A stretch of DNA of 64,000 nucleotides from an uncultured Planctomycetales bacterium (GTDB lineage: Bacteria; Omnitrophota; Gorgyraeia; Gygaellales; Profunditerraquicolaceae). Below, one piece after another: positions 1 through 9,392 of the stretch. The notes under the pieces are model-generated. The model did not search any database and was not told the origin of the DNA. It saw nothing but the letters and a program-made list of their open reading frames with translations. Within the stretch, counting starts at the first letter, position 1; every line of letters begins with the position of its first letter. The stretch lies in assembly GCA_964467905.1 (NCBI GenBank), contig CAYXSY010000001.1, positions 17,226 through 81,225 on the forward strand, written 5' to 3'. A program made the position numbers and the translations under genes.

Positions 1-214
1 CCAGTTTTCCTATATCCGAGCCTTCAAAAAATAAAGGGCTGACGACGAAAGAATCAGTGGTAAAAGCTATTTTCTGCTTATAATCTATATAAGCGGCGTC
101 GGAAAGCGCGGAAAGTATAGGGTTATTAAGTTTAGGCAGAATCGTATCCTTAATTAAATTATGCATTAAAGAAGTTCCACTGCCGTAAGCAAGGGTTATT
201 TTATCCGTGTGCAT
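1..214 (-). CDS. hypE: Hydrogenase maturation protein HypE, N-terminal part (gene continues beyond left window edge)
   Basis: Not in the ORF track because there is no stop in the window. My minus-strand translation from ATG 214..212 gives MHTDKITLAYGSGTSLMHNLIKD...DAAYIDYKQKIAFTTDSFVVSPLFFEGSDIGKL. This matches the conserved HypE N-terminus (ITLAHGSGG ... FTTDSFVV.PLFF.GGDIGKL). Confidence 0.75.
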   Translation of the reverse strand, partial: MHTDKITLAYGSGTSLMHNLIKDTILPKLNNPILSALSDAAYIDYKQKIAFTTDSFVVSPLFFEGSDIGKL

Positions 215-238
215 TTGGTTTCCTTTTTTCAAATTAAA

Positions 239-892
239 TTACTGGCTTACTAACAAAGAAGATTCGGGCTGGGGCTCTATGCCTGCCTGGAGAAGGTCTC
301 TCTTAAGCTGCAGAAAGTCTTTAAAAATAAAGGCTCTCATACCTAAGGACTTAGCGACATCTATCAGTTCCGGACGGTCATCCGTATAGAATATCTCCTG
401 CGGTTTATTGCCTAATAAATCAATGACTTTTTTATAGATAGCGGGGTCTGGTTTCTTGAGTTTCAGTTCGAATGATGTAAATACGCGGCTAAAATCCGGC
501 AAGATGCTGTAATGCTCTTTTATATAATTAAAGTGCAAACAATTAATATTGGTCAACATGGCTAAGCTATATTTGCTTTTTAGGCTTATAGCCAGGGAAT
601 GCACCCGACTGTTATCATCAGTTACAAAGAATATTTCGTTCCAGACAGCAAGAAACTCATTATATTCTAGCCTGATCCCGAGCCTCTCCTTGACCTTAAG
701 GAAGAATTCCTGCGGGGAAACCTTGCCTTCTTCAAATTCAGCCGTCAGGTCGGAATCGAAAAAAAGATTATATATATCGGCCTCATCGCAATCGCTAGAT
801 TCCGCTATGCGCTTCGATGCTATCGAATGATCAAAGCTGATAAGCACCTTGCCTAAATCAAAAAGTATAGTTTTTATATTATTTGCTGCCAC
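239..892 (-). CDS. HAD-superfamily hydrolase
   Basis: 217-aa ORF. The N-terminal ILFDLGKVL resembles the HAD motif I variant (FDLGGVL type). The C-terminal FYTDDRPELIDVAKSLGM resembles the motif IV region. Confidence 0.7.
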   Translation of the reverse strand: MAANNIKTILFDLGKVLISFDHSIASKRIAESSDCDEADIYNLFFDSDLTAEFEEGKVSPQEFFLKVKERLGIRLEYNEFLAVWNEIFFVTDDNSRVHSLAISLKSKYSLAMLTNINCLHFNYIKEHYSILPDFSRVFTSFELKLKKPDPAIYKKVIDLLGNKPQEIFYTDDRPELIDVAKSLGMRAFIFKDFLQLKRDLLQAGIEPQPESSLLVSQ

Positions 893-895
893 CGC

Positions 896-1885
896 TTAAT
901 TTCCCTTACCCTTATCTTTCTTGAACAAATCAAGAAATCTGTCTTCATATTCCTTATAAACATTCCACTTATCAAGTTCATCTTTAAGTTCAGCTGCTTT
1001 GGCTATATCTTTCCTGGCTAAAGAAAATAATTTCTCTATCCTTTCCTTAACCGATATCGGCAGATGCGTCAGCTGGCCCAAGGCCTTCTTAATCTTTTCA
1101 ACATCCTCTTCTCCTATGGGGCCGCTTGTCTGGGAACCGATCTTTAAGTAATCAAGGAACCTGTTGATATCCTCCTCTATCGCCTGTGCCTGCGCGGCAA
1201 GAGTAGATAAGTCTATACTTATCTGTAATATCTTACAAAGCGTATCAAGAACTGCTAAAGAGGCTTTGGGATTCTCTATCTGTATTGTATACAGAGGAAT
1301 CTGCCCCAACAGACAAAAGCCATTAATCCCCTGTGACTTAGCTAAACCTATAAACAAACCGTTCATCCCGCTTATCTGGCCCTCATTAAAAAGATTAATG
1401 TTATATTTCTTAAGATTGGCCAATAGCTGCGGTGAAGTTGCGGCAAAATAAACCGAGCATTCCTGGGTATGGTCTACCGGCTGCGGCATAGCGGCAAAAG
1501 CTATAACCATCTTTACCTTACAACGCACAGCCAGCTTAATAATTCTTGAACAATAATCTTCGGCTTTGGCCAAATCAGGCTGCGCTTCGCTTATAAAAAT
1601 AATCAAGTCATTGCCTCGCGTCTTATTTTCGGCCTTACCTTGGTTATTCTTCCAATAGTAAAATTTACCCGTGGGCAGATTCGGGACTGACAATATACCG
1701 GAATCCACGTTACTGCCGGTAAGATAAAAGAACTCCTCCGAAGGAATCTGCGCAAACTCAACACATTTAAGATGTTCTACCAAATACTTAGCGGCCTTAA
1801 AAGCTACTTCGCCCATCCCGGGCCAAGCTACTATCAAATAAGGGTTTTTCAGCCTCGGAACTTTATTGACATTTATCCCTTCCAT
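896..1885 (-). CDS. PAC2-family protein (proteasome assembly chaperone 2-like) with charged coiled-coil C-terminal extension
   Basis: 329-aa ORF. The N-terminal LKNPYLIVAWPGMGEVAFKAAKYL and overall layout are recalled as typical of bacterial PAC2-family proteins. The last ~90 aa are a K/E-rich helical region. Confidence 0.55.
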   Translation of the reverse strand: MEGINVNKVPRLKNPYLIVAWPGMGEVAFKAAKYLVEHLKCVEFAQIPSEEFFYLTGSNVDSGILSVPNLPTGKFYYWKNNQGKAENKTRGNDLIIFISEAQPDLAKAEDYCSRIIKLAVRCKVKMVIAFAAMPQPVDHTQECSVYFAATSPQLLANLKKYNINLFNEGQISGMNGLFIGLAKSQGINGFCLLGQIPLYTIQIENPKASLAVLDTLCKILQISIDLSTLAAQAQAIEEDINRFLDYLKIGSQTSGPIGEEDVEKIKKALGQLTHLPISVKERIEKLFSLARKDIAKAAELKDELDKWNVYKEYEDRFLDLFKKDKGKGN

Positions 1886-1905
1886 AAAATATACTCCTGT
1901 GTTGT

Positions 1906-3033
1906 TTAGATTTTTCTATAATTAATAAGAAAATCTTCTAAGATCCTTGCTCCTTTATAAAGATTATCTACAGTTACGTACTCGTCTTTTGAATGGGCGC
2001 AGGCGCCTACTCCGAAGCCGGTTGCAATAGCAGGAATTTTTTTATCCTGAAAAAAAGTAATTACTGTAGCCCCCTCGGAACCGGTAATCTTATGTCTTGC
2101 CTTAAACTTACGCATGGACTTAGAAAGCGACCGCACCATATTATGATTATTGCAGATAGAATACGGTTTCTGTATGCCATCTATCTCTATTATAAACCTT
2201 CTTGCATGTTTGGCAACAATCTTTCTTAGGGTTTTTAATATGTCCTGCTGATGCATACCGGGGAGCGATCTGATATCCACTTCAAAAGAGCACCAATCAG
2301 CTACAATATTTACCTTATCCCCACCATGAATTGTCCCTATATTCACTGTAGGAGCCCGAAGATAATGATTTTTCTTATACCTAAACCTATGGCCCTGAAG
2401 CTCGCGGATAATGTCTACGGCTTTATTAATCGCGTTATCCCCCAAATGCGGGTAAGCTCCATGTGCTCTTTTTCCAAAAACCTTTACTCTTATATGCATA
2501 AGGCCTTTTTGAGCCACCACAATTGCGAAATCATCAGCGTCAAGAATCAAGGCCTCATCAACCTTAAGCAGCCCTTTTCTTAACAAGGGTATCAGCCCAA
2601 GCCCTGAACCGGTCTCTTCATCGGCACTGGCTGCAAAAACAAGATTATAGCCTAAGGTTTTTTTATCTTCGGTTATACTGTTTATCGCTTCTATGGCGCA
2701 GGCCAAATTGACCTTACAATCCGTAGCGCCTAAGCCGTATATTTTTCCGTCTCTGATAATACCTGAGAAAACCGGCACGCTCCAGAAACTGCCCGCGGGT
2801 ACCGTGTCCAGGTGCGGGCTTATCAACAAAGAATTCCCGTTGTTTGATGATTTTAATACAGCAATTATGTTAGAACGCCTGTTGCTGAATTCATATATTT
2901 TAGAACGGATACCTATTCTTTTTAAATAGCTGCCTACAAAAGAAGCTATTTCTCTCTCGTTGCTGCCTGGATTCTGCGAGTTGATACGGATTAAATCACG
3001 CAAAAGTTTTATAAGGCGTTTTTTATTAATCAT
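1906..3033 (-). CDS. M20-family metallopeptidase (ArgE/DapE-like deacylase)
   Basis: 375-aa ORF with SPHLDTVP, GATDCK and ADEETGS motifs typical of the ArgE/DapE/M20 family. It overlaps the upstream gene by 8 nt. Confidence 0.75.
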   Translation of the reverse strand: MINKKRLIKLLRDLIRINSQNPGSNEREIASFVGSYLKRIGIRSKIYEFSNRRSNIIAVLKSSNNGNSLLISPHLDTVPAGSFWSVPVFSGIIRDGKIYGLGATDCKVNLACAIEAINSITEDKKTLGYNLVFAASADEETGSGLGLIPLLRKGLLKVDEALILDADDFAIVVAQKGLMHIRVKVFGKRAHGAYPHLGDNAINKAVDIIRELQGHRFRYKKNHYLRAPTVNIGTIHGGDKVNIVADWCSFEVDIRSLPGMHQQDILKTLRKIVAKHARRFIIEIDGIQKPYSICNNHNMVRSLSKSMRKFKARHKITGSEGATVITFFQDKKIPAIATGFGVGACAHSKDEYVTVDNLYKGARILEDFLINYRKI

Positions 3034-3688
3034 TTTTTCTCCTAAGAAACTCGCTCAGTGGGCACAAAGAACACCTTGGCTTGTTTTTCAGGCAATAATC
3101 CTTGCCAAGCCGCACCAGAAGCGCGTGGTATTCGTTAAATAATTTTACATCTCTCTTTAAGTTGCGCATAAATATTTCTTGAATATCTGTATAGGTAGAA
3201 CCGTCTTTTGCTAATTTATGGCGCGCAAGAATCCTCTTTGTATAGGCATCGACCACAAATACCGGCTTATTTAGCGCATATAAAAGAATGGAATCAGCTG
3301 TTTCCTGCCCTATCCCGTTTACTTTAAGCAAATCCTGCCGCAGTACTAAAATATCCTTTTGGGGCATCTCGGCAATATTCATGCGGCAGTAATCGGAGAG
3401 AAATTTAAGAAAATACTTAATGCGCTTTGCCTTAACGTTATAATAACCTGCCGGCCTTATTAGTTTTGCCAATTTAACTAAAGGAATTTTATCCATCCTG
3501 CGTGGATCTAACAATCTCTGCTTCTTAAGATTGGCTATAGCCTTTTCTACATTCAGCCAGCTTGTATTTTGAGTCAGTATCGCCCCGAGCATAACCTCAA
3601 AAGCGCTATCTGCCGGCCACCATTTTTGAGCCCCGAAGAAAGTGAAAAGCTTGCTGTATATAGCGTAGAGTTTATGTGACTGGCTCAT
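3026..3688 (-). CDS. Endonuclease III-related HhH-GPD domain protein
   Basis: 220-aa ORF. It has LGAILTQNTSW, a helix-hairpin-helix LLKVNGIGQETAD followed by VVDAY, and the C-terminal Cys cluster CLKNKPRCSLCPL. Confidence 0.75.
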   Translation of the reverse strand: MSQSHKLYAIYSKLFTFFGAQKWWPADSAFEVMLGAILTQNTSWLNVEKAIANLKKQRLLDPRRMDKIPLVKLAKLIRPAGYYNVKAKRIKYFLKFLSDYCRMNIAEMPQKDILVLRQDLLKVNGIGQETADSILLYALNKPVFVVDAYTKRILARHKLAKDGSTYTDIQEIFMRNLKRDVKLFNEYHALLVRLGKDYCLKNKPRCSLCPLSEFLRRKND

Positions 3689-5637
3689 TCTTCTTTAAAT
3701 GCTAACGGGTTATAACGGCGATAAGCAAAAAATGCATAGGCACTGGCTGACAGAGAACCAGTCGAGCTGCCCTTAGGGGTAGACCAACCGTGCCCGGTAT
3801 CAACGAATTCCTCTGTTGCATAAGGCAGGCAGAAATCCCCCTGCCCCGAAGCAGAAGGGCTTGTAATTATCATGCTGCCCAGGCTATCCAGATAGTCATC
3901 CGCTAAAGTCTGGTAGGATTTTGCTTTGGATTGATTTTGTTTATGTTCCCAAAAATCCGCCATAATCTGATAAGAAATAACCATCTGTGCTGTCCACTCC
4001 GCAGAAACCACTTGTCCTCTTGCAAGGTGCCTTTGGGGAGCGAAATCAAAACCTTTTATCTTAACCTGTATTCCGTCCGGCCTTTTATACAAAACCTCCA
4101 CCGCCATATTATCCTGGGCAAAATTTATAATCTTATCCGGTGACATTGATAATTCCAAAAGCTTTTCCGGGCCTATTGCCGCAATTGACCAGGCATAGGT
4201 GTCGGTAGCAATTGTAGAATCTCCCTTACCGCGCTTTACGGGGACATCGGCTTTATCATATGTATGTTTTTCTATCCAAGACATGATCTTATCCCGAGAC
4301 TGGGAATAATCTTTATTATTTGTCAAAGAGTAAAGCATATTTAGAAAAGCATAGGCATCGAGATTATGCTCCGTAGAATACCAGCTAACCTGCGGTCCGC
4401 CGCGTAGCCCACCATCGCTATCCTGTTTTTGAAAAGCAATTATTTTATCTGCTATATCCTGCGCTAAAACCAAGTAAGAATTATCGCCGCTTTTCTTGGT
4501 ATATTGCATGGCTAATATGCCTATCCATATGTTCGGGCCGGTATGCACAATGCATTCGGCAGGAGAACCATCATCAAAATAATATGCGTTAAAAAACCAC
4601 CCCTGTGAGCGCTGGGCCTTATTCTTGAAGAAATCAAGCATCTTGCGCACGCGCCCAAAATCATTACCAAGCATATAAACCTGCCCTGCCAAAGACTGAT
4701 CATAAATAAAAGCCCAATCCCGAATATCATTATCCCCTTCAAAACTTAATACCAGCCCTGTACGAGGATTTTGATGTGCTGTTATCCAGCGGTAAACTCC
4801 CGCAAAATTACTCTTTTGAAGTTCTGCCTTTTCATTTCCCAAACGAGACAATTCTTCATTCAGGCTCTGCTGCGCCTGACCCAGGCTATCTAGCTGTGCC
4901 CTAAGCCTGTCTTTATCTTTAATCAGAAGATCAATCTGGGTATTAAGCTCTGCAATCTTCTTTGCTTTCTGTCTATTCTTTGCCTTCTCATTTTGAAGCA
5001 CCTGAAAACGAAGCTGCAAACCTTTTATTTGGTCTTGGAGCTTTTCTCTTCCCGATTCTATCTCTTTTAGATCTTTTCTTGCCGATAAATAATCTCGCCT
5101 GATTTGATTAAGCTGCTCTATCAAAACATTCTTCTGCGATGTTAAAATAACATTCTCTGAACTTAGAGTAATGTTTTCTCTGTGATTACCCCACAAAACT
5201 AAACCTAAAAATAGAAAAGCAGTCAAGGCAACCAAGGGCAGCAGCCTCTTTATATGCGCATACAGAATAATCCTGCTATTACTCTTAGCATCTATTTTTT
5301 CATACTCTACTCCGATGATATGCTTGTCAGGCGTTTTATTGTCTTGTGTTACCCATGACGGTATACCTAACGCAGATATAGGTTGAGAACTTACCGGCAT
5401 ATCAATAAGAAGAGAGAGTTTTACCTCTTTGTTCTTCAACATAAGCAATAACGGCTCAGGGATATTGTTGCCTACCAGACAAATCCCCCCCTTAGCTACA
5501 TTAGCGGTAAACCCCTGCATCCAATCGCAAACAAATTCACCGTTGGGAACTTTCAACATCCTGAATTGCACCGGGAACACGGAATTAAGACGGATATATT
5601 TACGCCTGTTTTTGGCTAAATTATCGCTCTGCTTCAT
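3685..5637 (-). CDS. PilZ domain - single TM - long coiled coil - C-terminal (alpha/alpha)6-like (six-hairpin glycosidase-like) domain protein
   Basis: 650-aa ORF. The N-terminus has the PilZ motifs RRKYIR (RxxxR) and TANVAKGG (D/NxSxxG-like). A hydrophobic helix LLPLVALTAFLFLGLVLWG follows, then ~150 aa of heptad-rich Q/K/L sequence. The remaining ~350 aa are rich in W/Y/D repeats (GLVLSFEG..DWAFIYDQSLA, WYSTEHNLDAYAF). It overlaps both neighbours by 4 nt. Confidence 0.6.
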   Translation of the reverse strand: MKQSDNLAKNRRKYIRLNSVFPVQFRMLKVPNGEFVCDWMQGFTANVAKGGICLVGNNIPEPLLLMLKNKEVKLSLLIDMPVSSQPISALGIPSWVTQDNKTPDKHIIGVEYEKIDAKSNSRIILYAHIKRLLPLVALTAFLFLGLVLWGNHRENITLSSENVILTSQKNVLIEQLNQIRRDYLSARKDLKEIESGREKLQDQIKGLQLRFQVLQNEKAKNRQKAKKIAELNTQIDLLIKDKDRLRAQLDSLGQAQQSLNEELSRLGNEKAELQKSNFAGVYRWITAHQNPRTGLVLSFEGDNDIRDWAFIYDQSLAGQVYMLGNDFGRVRKMLDFFKNKAQRSQGWFFNAYYFDDGSPAECIVHTGPNIWIGILAMQYTKKSGDNSYLVLAQDIADKIIAFQKQDSDGGLRGGPQVSWYSTEHNLDAYAFLNMLYSLTNNKDYSQSRDKIMSWIEKHTYDKADVPVKRGKGDSTIATDTYAWSIAAIGPEKLLELSMSPDKIINFAQDNMAVEVLYKRPDGIQVKIKGFDFAPQRHLARGQVVSAEWTAQMVISYQIMADFWEHKQNQSKAKSYQTLADDYLDSLGSMIITSPSASGQGDFCLPYATEEFVDTGHGWSTPKGSSTGSLSASAYAFFAYRRYNPLAFKEE

Positions 5638-8084
5638 TTAATCCTTTCTAATACAACTCTTTGTTTCACCTTCTTAGCCAACCCTTCGAACAAATGCTTG
5701 AAAGCGGGATAATCATTTTGCGTTATTATCCTTTTCTTTAATACTATTCTTTGGGTAAAGCGCAGTTTATTATTTTTAAAATCATACCTGAATATAAAAT
5801 TCATCCACGGGTTATCTTCTTCAACGCTGCCGGGCATATGCTTGACGGTAAAACCCTGCGGCAACTTAATTTCAACAATGTCTTCCTTGTCATATAAGAC
5901 CCCTGCATCAAGCGGATATTTACGGCTGTCTTTTGCTACAGAAGAAGTATCAAGCCCGCCTAATTGCGGCAGTATCCTCAAATTTCCTGCCTGCGTAAAA
6001 TACTCCGAACCGTAGAATGAATATTTCAAAATAACAGGCTTATTCAGATCATTTACATTTTCAGTGCTATATCCTTCAAGTTTAGCCCCTATGGATATCT
6101 TTTGTATGGCCTCTTTTAAAGCCTGCTCCACTAATTCCGGAGGAGTATATAAAAGCCAGAAGCGCTGAGATTGGTCATACCTGCCGTGGGTTGAGGCGGT
6201 CTTTGAAGCATTGATGCTTTCATCCTTATTCACATTGATATTAATAATCTGCTCTACCGAGTTATGCTCCGCGGGATAAAACGGAGTACGGGATATCAAA
6301 TAGCCGCTTTCTTTAAAGATTAATACTGATCTGTCCTGGTCCATCTGCGGCAGATCACCGAAAGAACAAGTCTGCGCCGTAGGATCAAGAAAAATCAAGT
6401 CACCGTTAAAATCTACGCAGGCTATGCAATGGTTAAAAAGCACTGCAGGGAAGCTCTCGTTTAAATTATAGTAATCATCTGTAGGAATAAGCACCAGGTA
6501 CGCCGAGAATCCGGCCTCTCTTAACATAGTTACCAAAAGAACGGCCTGATCTTTACAATCGCCGTATTTATTCCTGAAGATATCCTCTGCCCTGTGCGGC
6601 TCATAACCTGCCTGGCCATATTCAACAGCTACGTAACGTATATCTTTGGCGCAGAAATTATAAATTGCCCTTATCTGGTCTTCTGGTGGCTTTAACCCTT
6701 TAATCAAATCTTTCACTTTATCCTTTATCGCGTCACTAGGAGCGATCTTATCTCTAGCGAGAGTCCACCACCAGTTATAAATTTCCTGCCATGAATCAAA
6801 AGTAGAAATAAGCATAGTGGTATTAATCTCGGTGTCAGGCGGCATACTTGGCTCAGGGATTATCTGCGGGATATCGCTAAAATCCCATTTATATAATTTA
6901 TAACCGTTAATTTTCTCAACCTTCGGCTCCAAGGAAACCTTAAAACTGTTATACTCTTGGTTCAGGAAACGCATATTAATCTTTGTTTTATCAGGAATCT
7001 TAACTGTAAATCTTGCCCTGATAACCGGCTCTTGCGCCTGGACGGGGTAGCTAAGTACAAAATCTTTTTTATTAATCAACTGGTTCCTTTTTATTTTAAG
7101 CTTATACTCAATGCAAGAACCATCAGTAATCTCAGGAAAAGAAATAATAAAAACCCTGACATTGCTGTAAAGCGGAAAATTAAGATACTTGGAAACATTC
7201 CTGATATGCCGCGACCCGACATTTATTACTTCTCCGTCAGGTTTAATGGTGCGCGCATATTCCAACTCTACCTTTTCATAAGTAGAATCATATTCTATCT
7301 GTATTTCGGAGAAATCCTCCCTGCCCCTCTGGTTTAATATCTTTACCAAATAATGCATCTGGCTTATTTGGTTATATTCAGAATTAACCTCTATCTGTTC
7401 ATCGCAATACAAAATAAGCCCCCCCGCCTGAGGATAGTTTTCTGCTTTAGGAGCAGCAGAAATAATATTATATATATCGCTATCCACGTCCTTTATATAG
7501 GAGGCTAAGGTATCCTTCTCAATAATATCTAATCTCTGTTCAGCCAAAAATTTAAATTGCGGGACTTTTATATTTTTATATGTAGCCAGGGCGCGGTCAA
7601 AGAGATTAAGTTTTTCTTCAGTCAGGCCTTTATAATAGAGAGATTCTGCATCCTCTGTTTTCATCTTATCGAAAACCTCCAGGGCATCGGTAAACTGCCC
7701 GAGCCGATAATAAGAGATAGCGATGAACTTCTCGGCTTTCGGTTCTTTTGCTTTCTTTAAGACTGAGAGCGCATTTTCAAAATCACCGCGAGAATAATAA
7801 AGCATCCCTAAATCAAAATATGTTTTCGCGGAATTATCTGCCTTAGTAAGAAGCGTCTTATATTGCGCAACTGCCTGCTGGTAATAATAATCGGAACGCT
7901 CGGCATCTTTCTTAGCATTTGCGGAATCGTCCGGTTTTATACAACCATAAATAGAACATATAAAAATAACCGCCAGAAATGCAATAATAAAGTGCGCCTT
8001 TATAAACATGATTGCCTTACGCATAAGCCGATAACTTTGTAACTTATTTCTTATATCTATAATACGCATTGCATGCTCCTTCAT
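5634..8084 (-). CDS. TPR / DUF3857-like / transglutaminase-core / DUF3858-like lipoprotein
   Basis: 816-aa ORF with a lipobox (FICSIYGC), TPR-like repeats (YFDLGMLYYSRGDFENA..) and a transglutaminase Cys motif (YGDCKDQAVLLVTMLREAGF). The track start overlaps hypD by 41 nt. The internal start MRKAIMFIK.. at 8024 gives a cleaner signal peptide. Confidence 0.7.
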   Translation of the reverse strand: MKEHAMRIIDIRNKLQSYRLMRKAIMFIKAHFIIAFLAVIFICSIYGCIKPDDSANAKKDAERSDYYYQQAVAQYKTLLTKADNSAKTYFDLGMLYYSRGDFENALSVLKKAKEPKAEKFIAISYYRLGQFTDALEVFDKMKTEDAESLYYKGLTEEKLNLFDRALATYKNIKVPQFKFLAEQRLDIIEKDTLASYIKDVDSDIYNIISAAPKAENYPQAGGLILYCDEQIEVNSEYNQISQMHYLVKILNQRGREDFSEIQIEYDSTYEKVELEYARTIKPDGEVINVGSRHIRNVSKYLNFPLYSNVRVFIISFPEITDGSCIEYKLKIKRNQLINKKDFVLSYPVQAQEPVIRARFTVKIPDKTKINMRFLNQEYNSFKVSLEPKVEKINGYKLYKWDFSDIPQIIPEPSMPPDTEINTTMLISTFDSWQEIYNWWWTLARDKIAPSDAIKDKVKDLIKGLKPPEDQIRAIYNFCAKDIRYVAVEYGQAGYEPHRAEDIFRNKYGDCKDQAVLLVTMLREAGFSAYLVLIPTDDYYNLNESFPAVLFNHCIACVDFNGDLIFLDPTAQTCSFGDLPQMDQDRSVLIFKESGYLISRTPFYPAEHNSVEQIININVNKDESINASKTASTHGRYDQSQRFWLLYTPPELVEQALKEAIQKISIGAKLEGYSTENVNDLNKPVILKYSFYGSEYFTQAGNLRILPQLGGLDTSSVAKDSRKYPLDAGVLYDKEDIVEIKLPQGFTVKHMPGSVEEDNPWMNFIFRYDFKNNKLRFTQRIVLKKRIITQNDYPAFKHLFEGLAKKVKQRVVLERIK

Positions 8085-9162
8085 TTGAAATCATACACGG
8101 GCCGATTGGATTAATTGTGGTGCACACTTTAGCGAACAATGAACAATCGCTGGGATTGATTAACCCCTTTAAAACATCGCCACATCTGCATTTATCATAA
8201 ACTCTGCCTAATCGTTGATTCAAATATCCCTCTTTTAATGGCAATTGTTCCTCGGCGTCAAAATCACAGTACTGTTTCCTGGCTTTCAAGCCGCTCAAAG
8301 GCACTCTACCTAATCCGCGCCAATCGGCATCGGCAGGCATAAAGACCTGAGAAATAAGTTTTCTTGCCTGCGCATTTCCTGAAGCGCTGACTACCCTTGT
8401 GTATTGATTCTGGACTACAGCAGAATCTTTAGCTATCTGCTCAACAATAAAATATATCCCCTCTAATATATCCAAGGGTTCAAATCCGGCTATACAACAG
8501 GGAATTTTATACCTGCGCGGTATAAACTTGTACGCCTGCTCTCCGGTAACGACTGAAACGTGCCCGGGGCAAAGGAAACCGTCAACTTTTACCCGCTCAT
8601 CCCTGAGGAGATGCTCCATAACGGGAGGAATTAATTTCAACGAAGAAAAGAAAAACAGGTTATTTATCTTTTGTTTCTTTGCCAAAACTATGCTTATCGC
8701 TATCGTCGGTATGGTTGTCTCGAATCCCACCGCCAGAAATATTATATTCTTCGAAGGGTTGTCATTAGCAATTTTTAAACTATCGAGCGCAGAATACGCT
8801 ATCTTCACGTTAGAGAATCTTACACGCGCCTCCTCCAGAGTAGAAACCGAGCCCCTTACACGCAGCATATCTCCGAATGTAACGACAATATTTTCTTTCT
8901 CTTTGGCGTAAGCAATGGCCTTATCAATATAATCCCGTGGTGAAACACATACCGGGCACCCCGGACCGGAAATAAATCTTATATTATCCGGCAAAACCTT
9001 ATCCAGCCCAAAACGAAAAAAGTTATGGGTATGTGTACCGCAGACTTCCATAATATTTATCCTGCGCCCGGGAATAATAGACTTTATGACCCTGACTAAC
9101 TTATCAGCCAATTTCTTATTTCTGAAATCATCAACGTATTTCATCCCGTCAGAAATCTCCAT
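8044..9162 (-). CDS. hypD: Hydrogenase maturation protein HypD
   Basis: 372-aa ORF with CGTHTH, GPGCPVCV and GFETT motifs characteristic of HypD. Confidence 0.9.
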   Translation of the reverse strand: MEISDGMKYVDDFRNKKLADKLVRVIKSIIPGRRINIMEVCGTHTHNFFRFGLDKVLPDNIRFISGPGCPVCVSPRDYIDKAIAYAKEKENIVVTFGDMLRVRGSVSTLEEARVRFSNVKIAYSALDSLKIANDNPSKNIIFLAVGFETTIPTIAISIVLAKKQKINNLFFFSSLKLIPPVMEHLLRDERVKVDGFLCPGHVSVVTGEQAYKFIPRRYKIPCCIAGFEPLDILEGIYFIVEQIAKDSAVVQNQYTRVVSASGNAQARKLISQVFMPADADWRGLGRVPLSGLKARKQYCDFDAEEQLPLKEGYLNQRLGRVYDKCRCGDVLKGLINPSDCSLFAKVCTTINPIGPCMISNEGACNAYYRYKK

Positions 9163-9182
9163 TTGCCCGTATTGAAAAATTT

Positions 9183-9392
9183 CTAACGGGATTCATTAAT
9201 CATCCTTAAGGTTTCTTTGGCTTTGCGCGGATCGAGTTTCTCTATGGCAAACCCGGCATGAACAATAACATAATCGCCTATTTTTAAACCCTTTACCATA
9301 CGGATATTAATCGTACGTGTAAGGCCGCTGCTTTGTACGCTAGCAAACTCACCGTCTATCTTTCTTATCTTCATCGGCACAGCTAAACACAT
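9183..9392 (-). CDS. hypC: Hydrogenase maturation chaperone HypC/HupF
   Basis: 69-aa ORF starting MCLAVPMKI (essential Cys2). Size and OB-fold-like sequence are typical of HypC. Confidence 0.9.
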   Translation of the reverse strand: MCLAVPMKIRKIDGEFASVQSSGLTRTINIRMVKGLKIGDYVIVHAGFAIEKLDPRKAKETLRMINESR

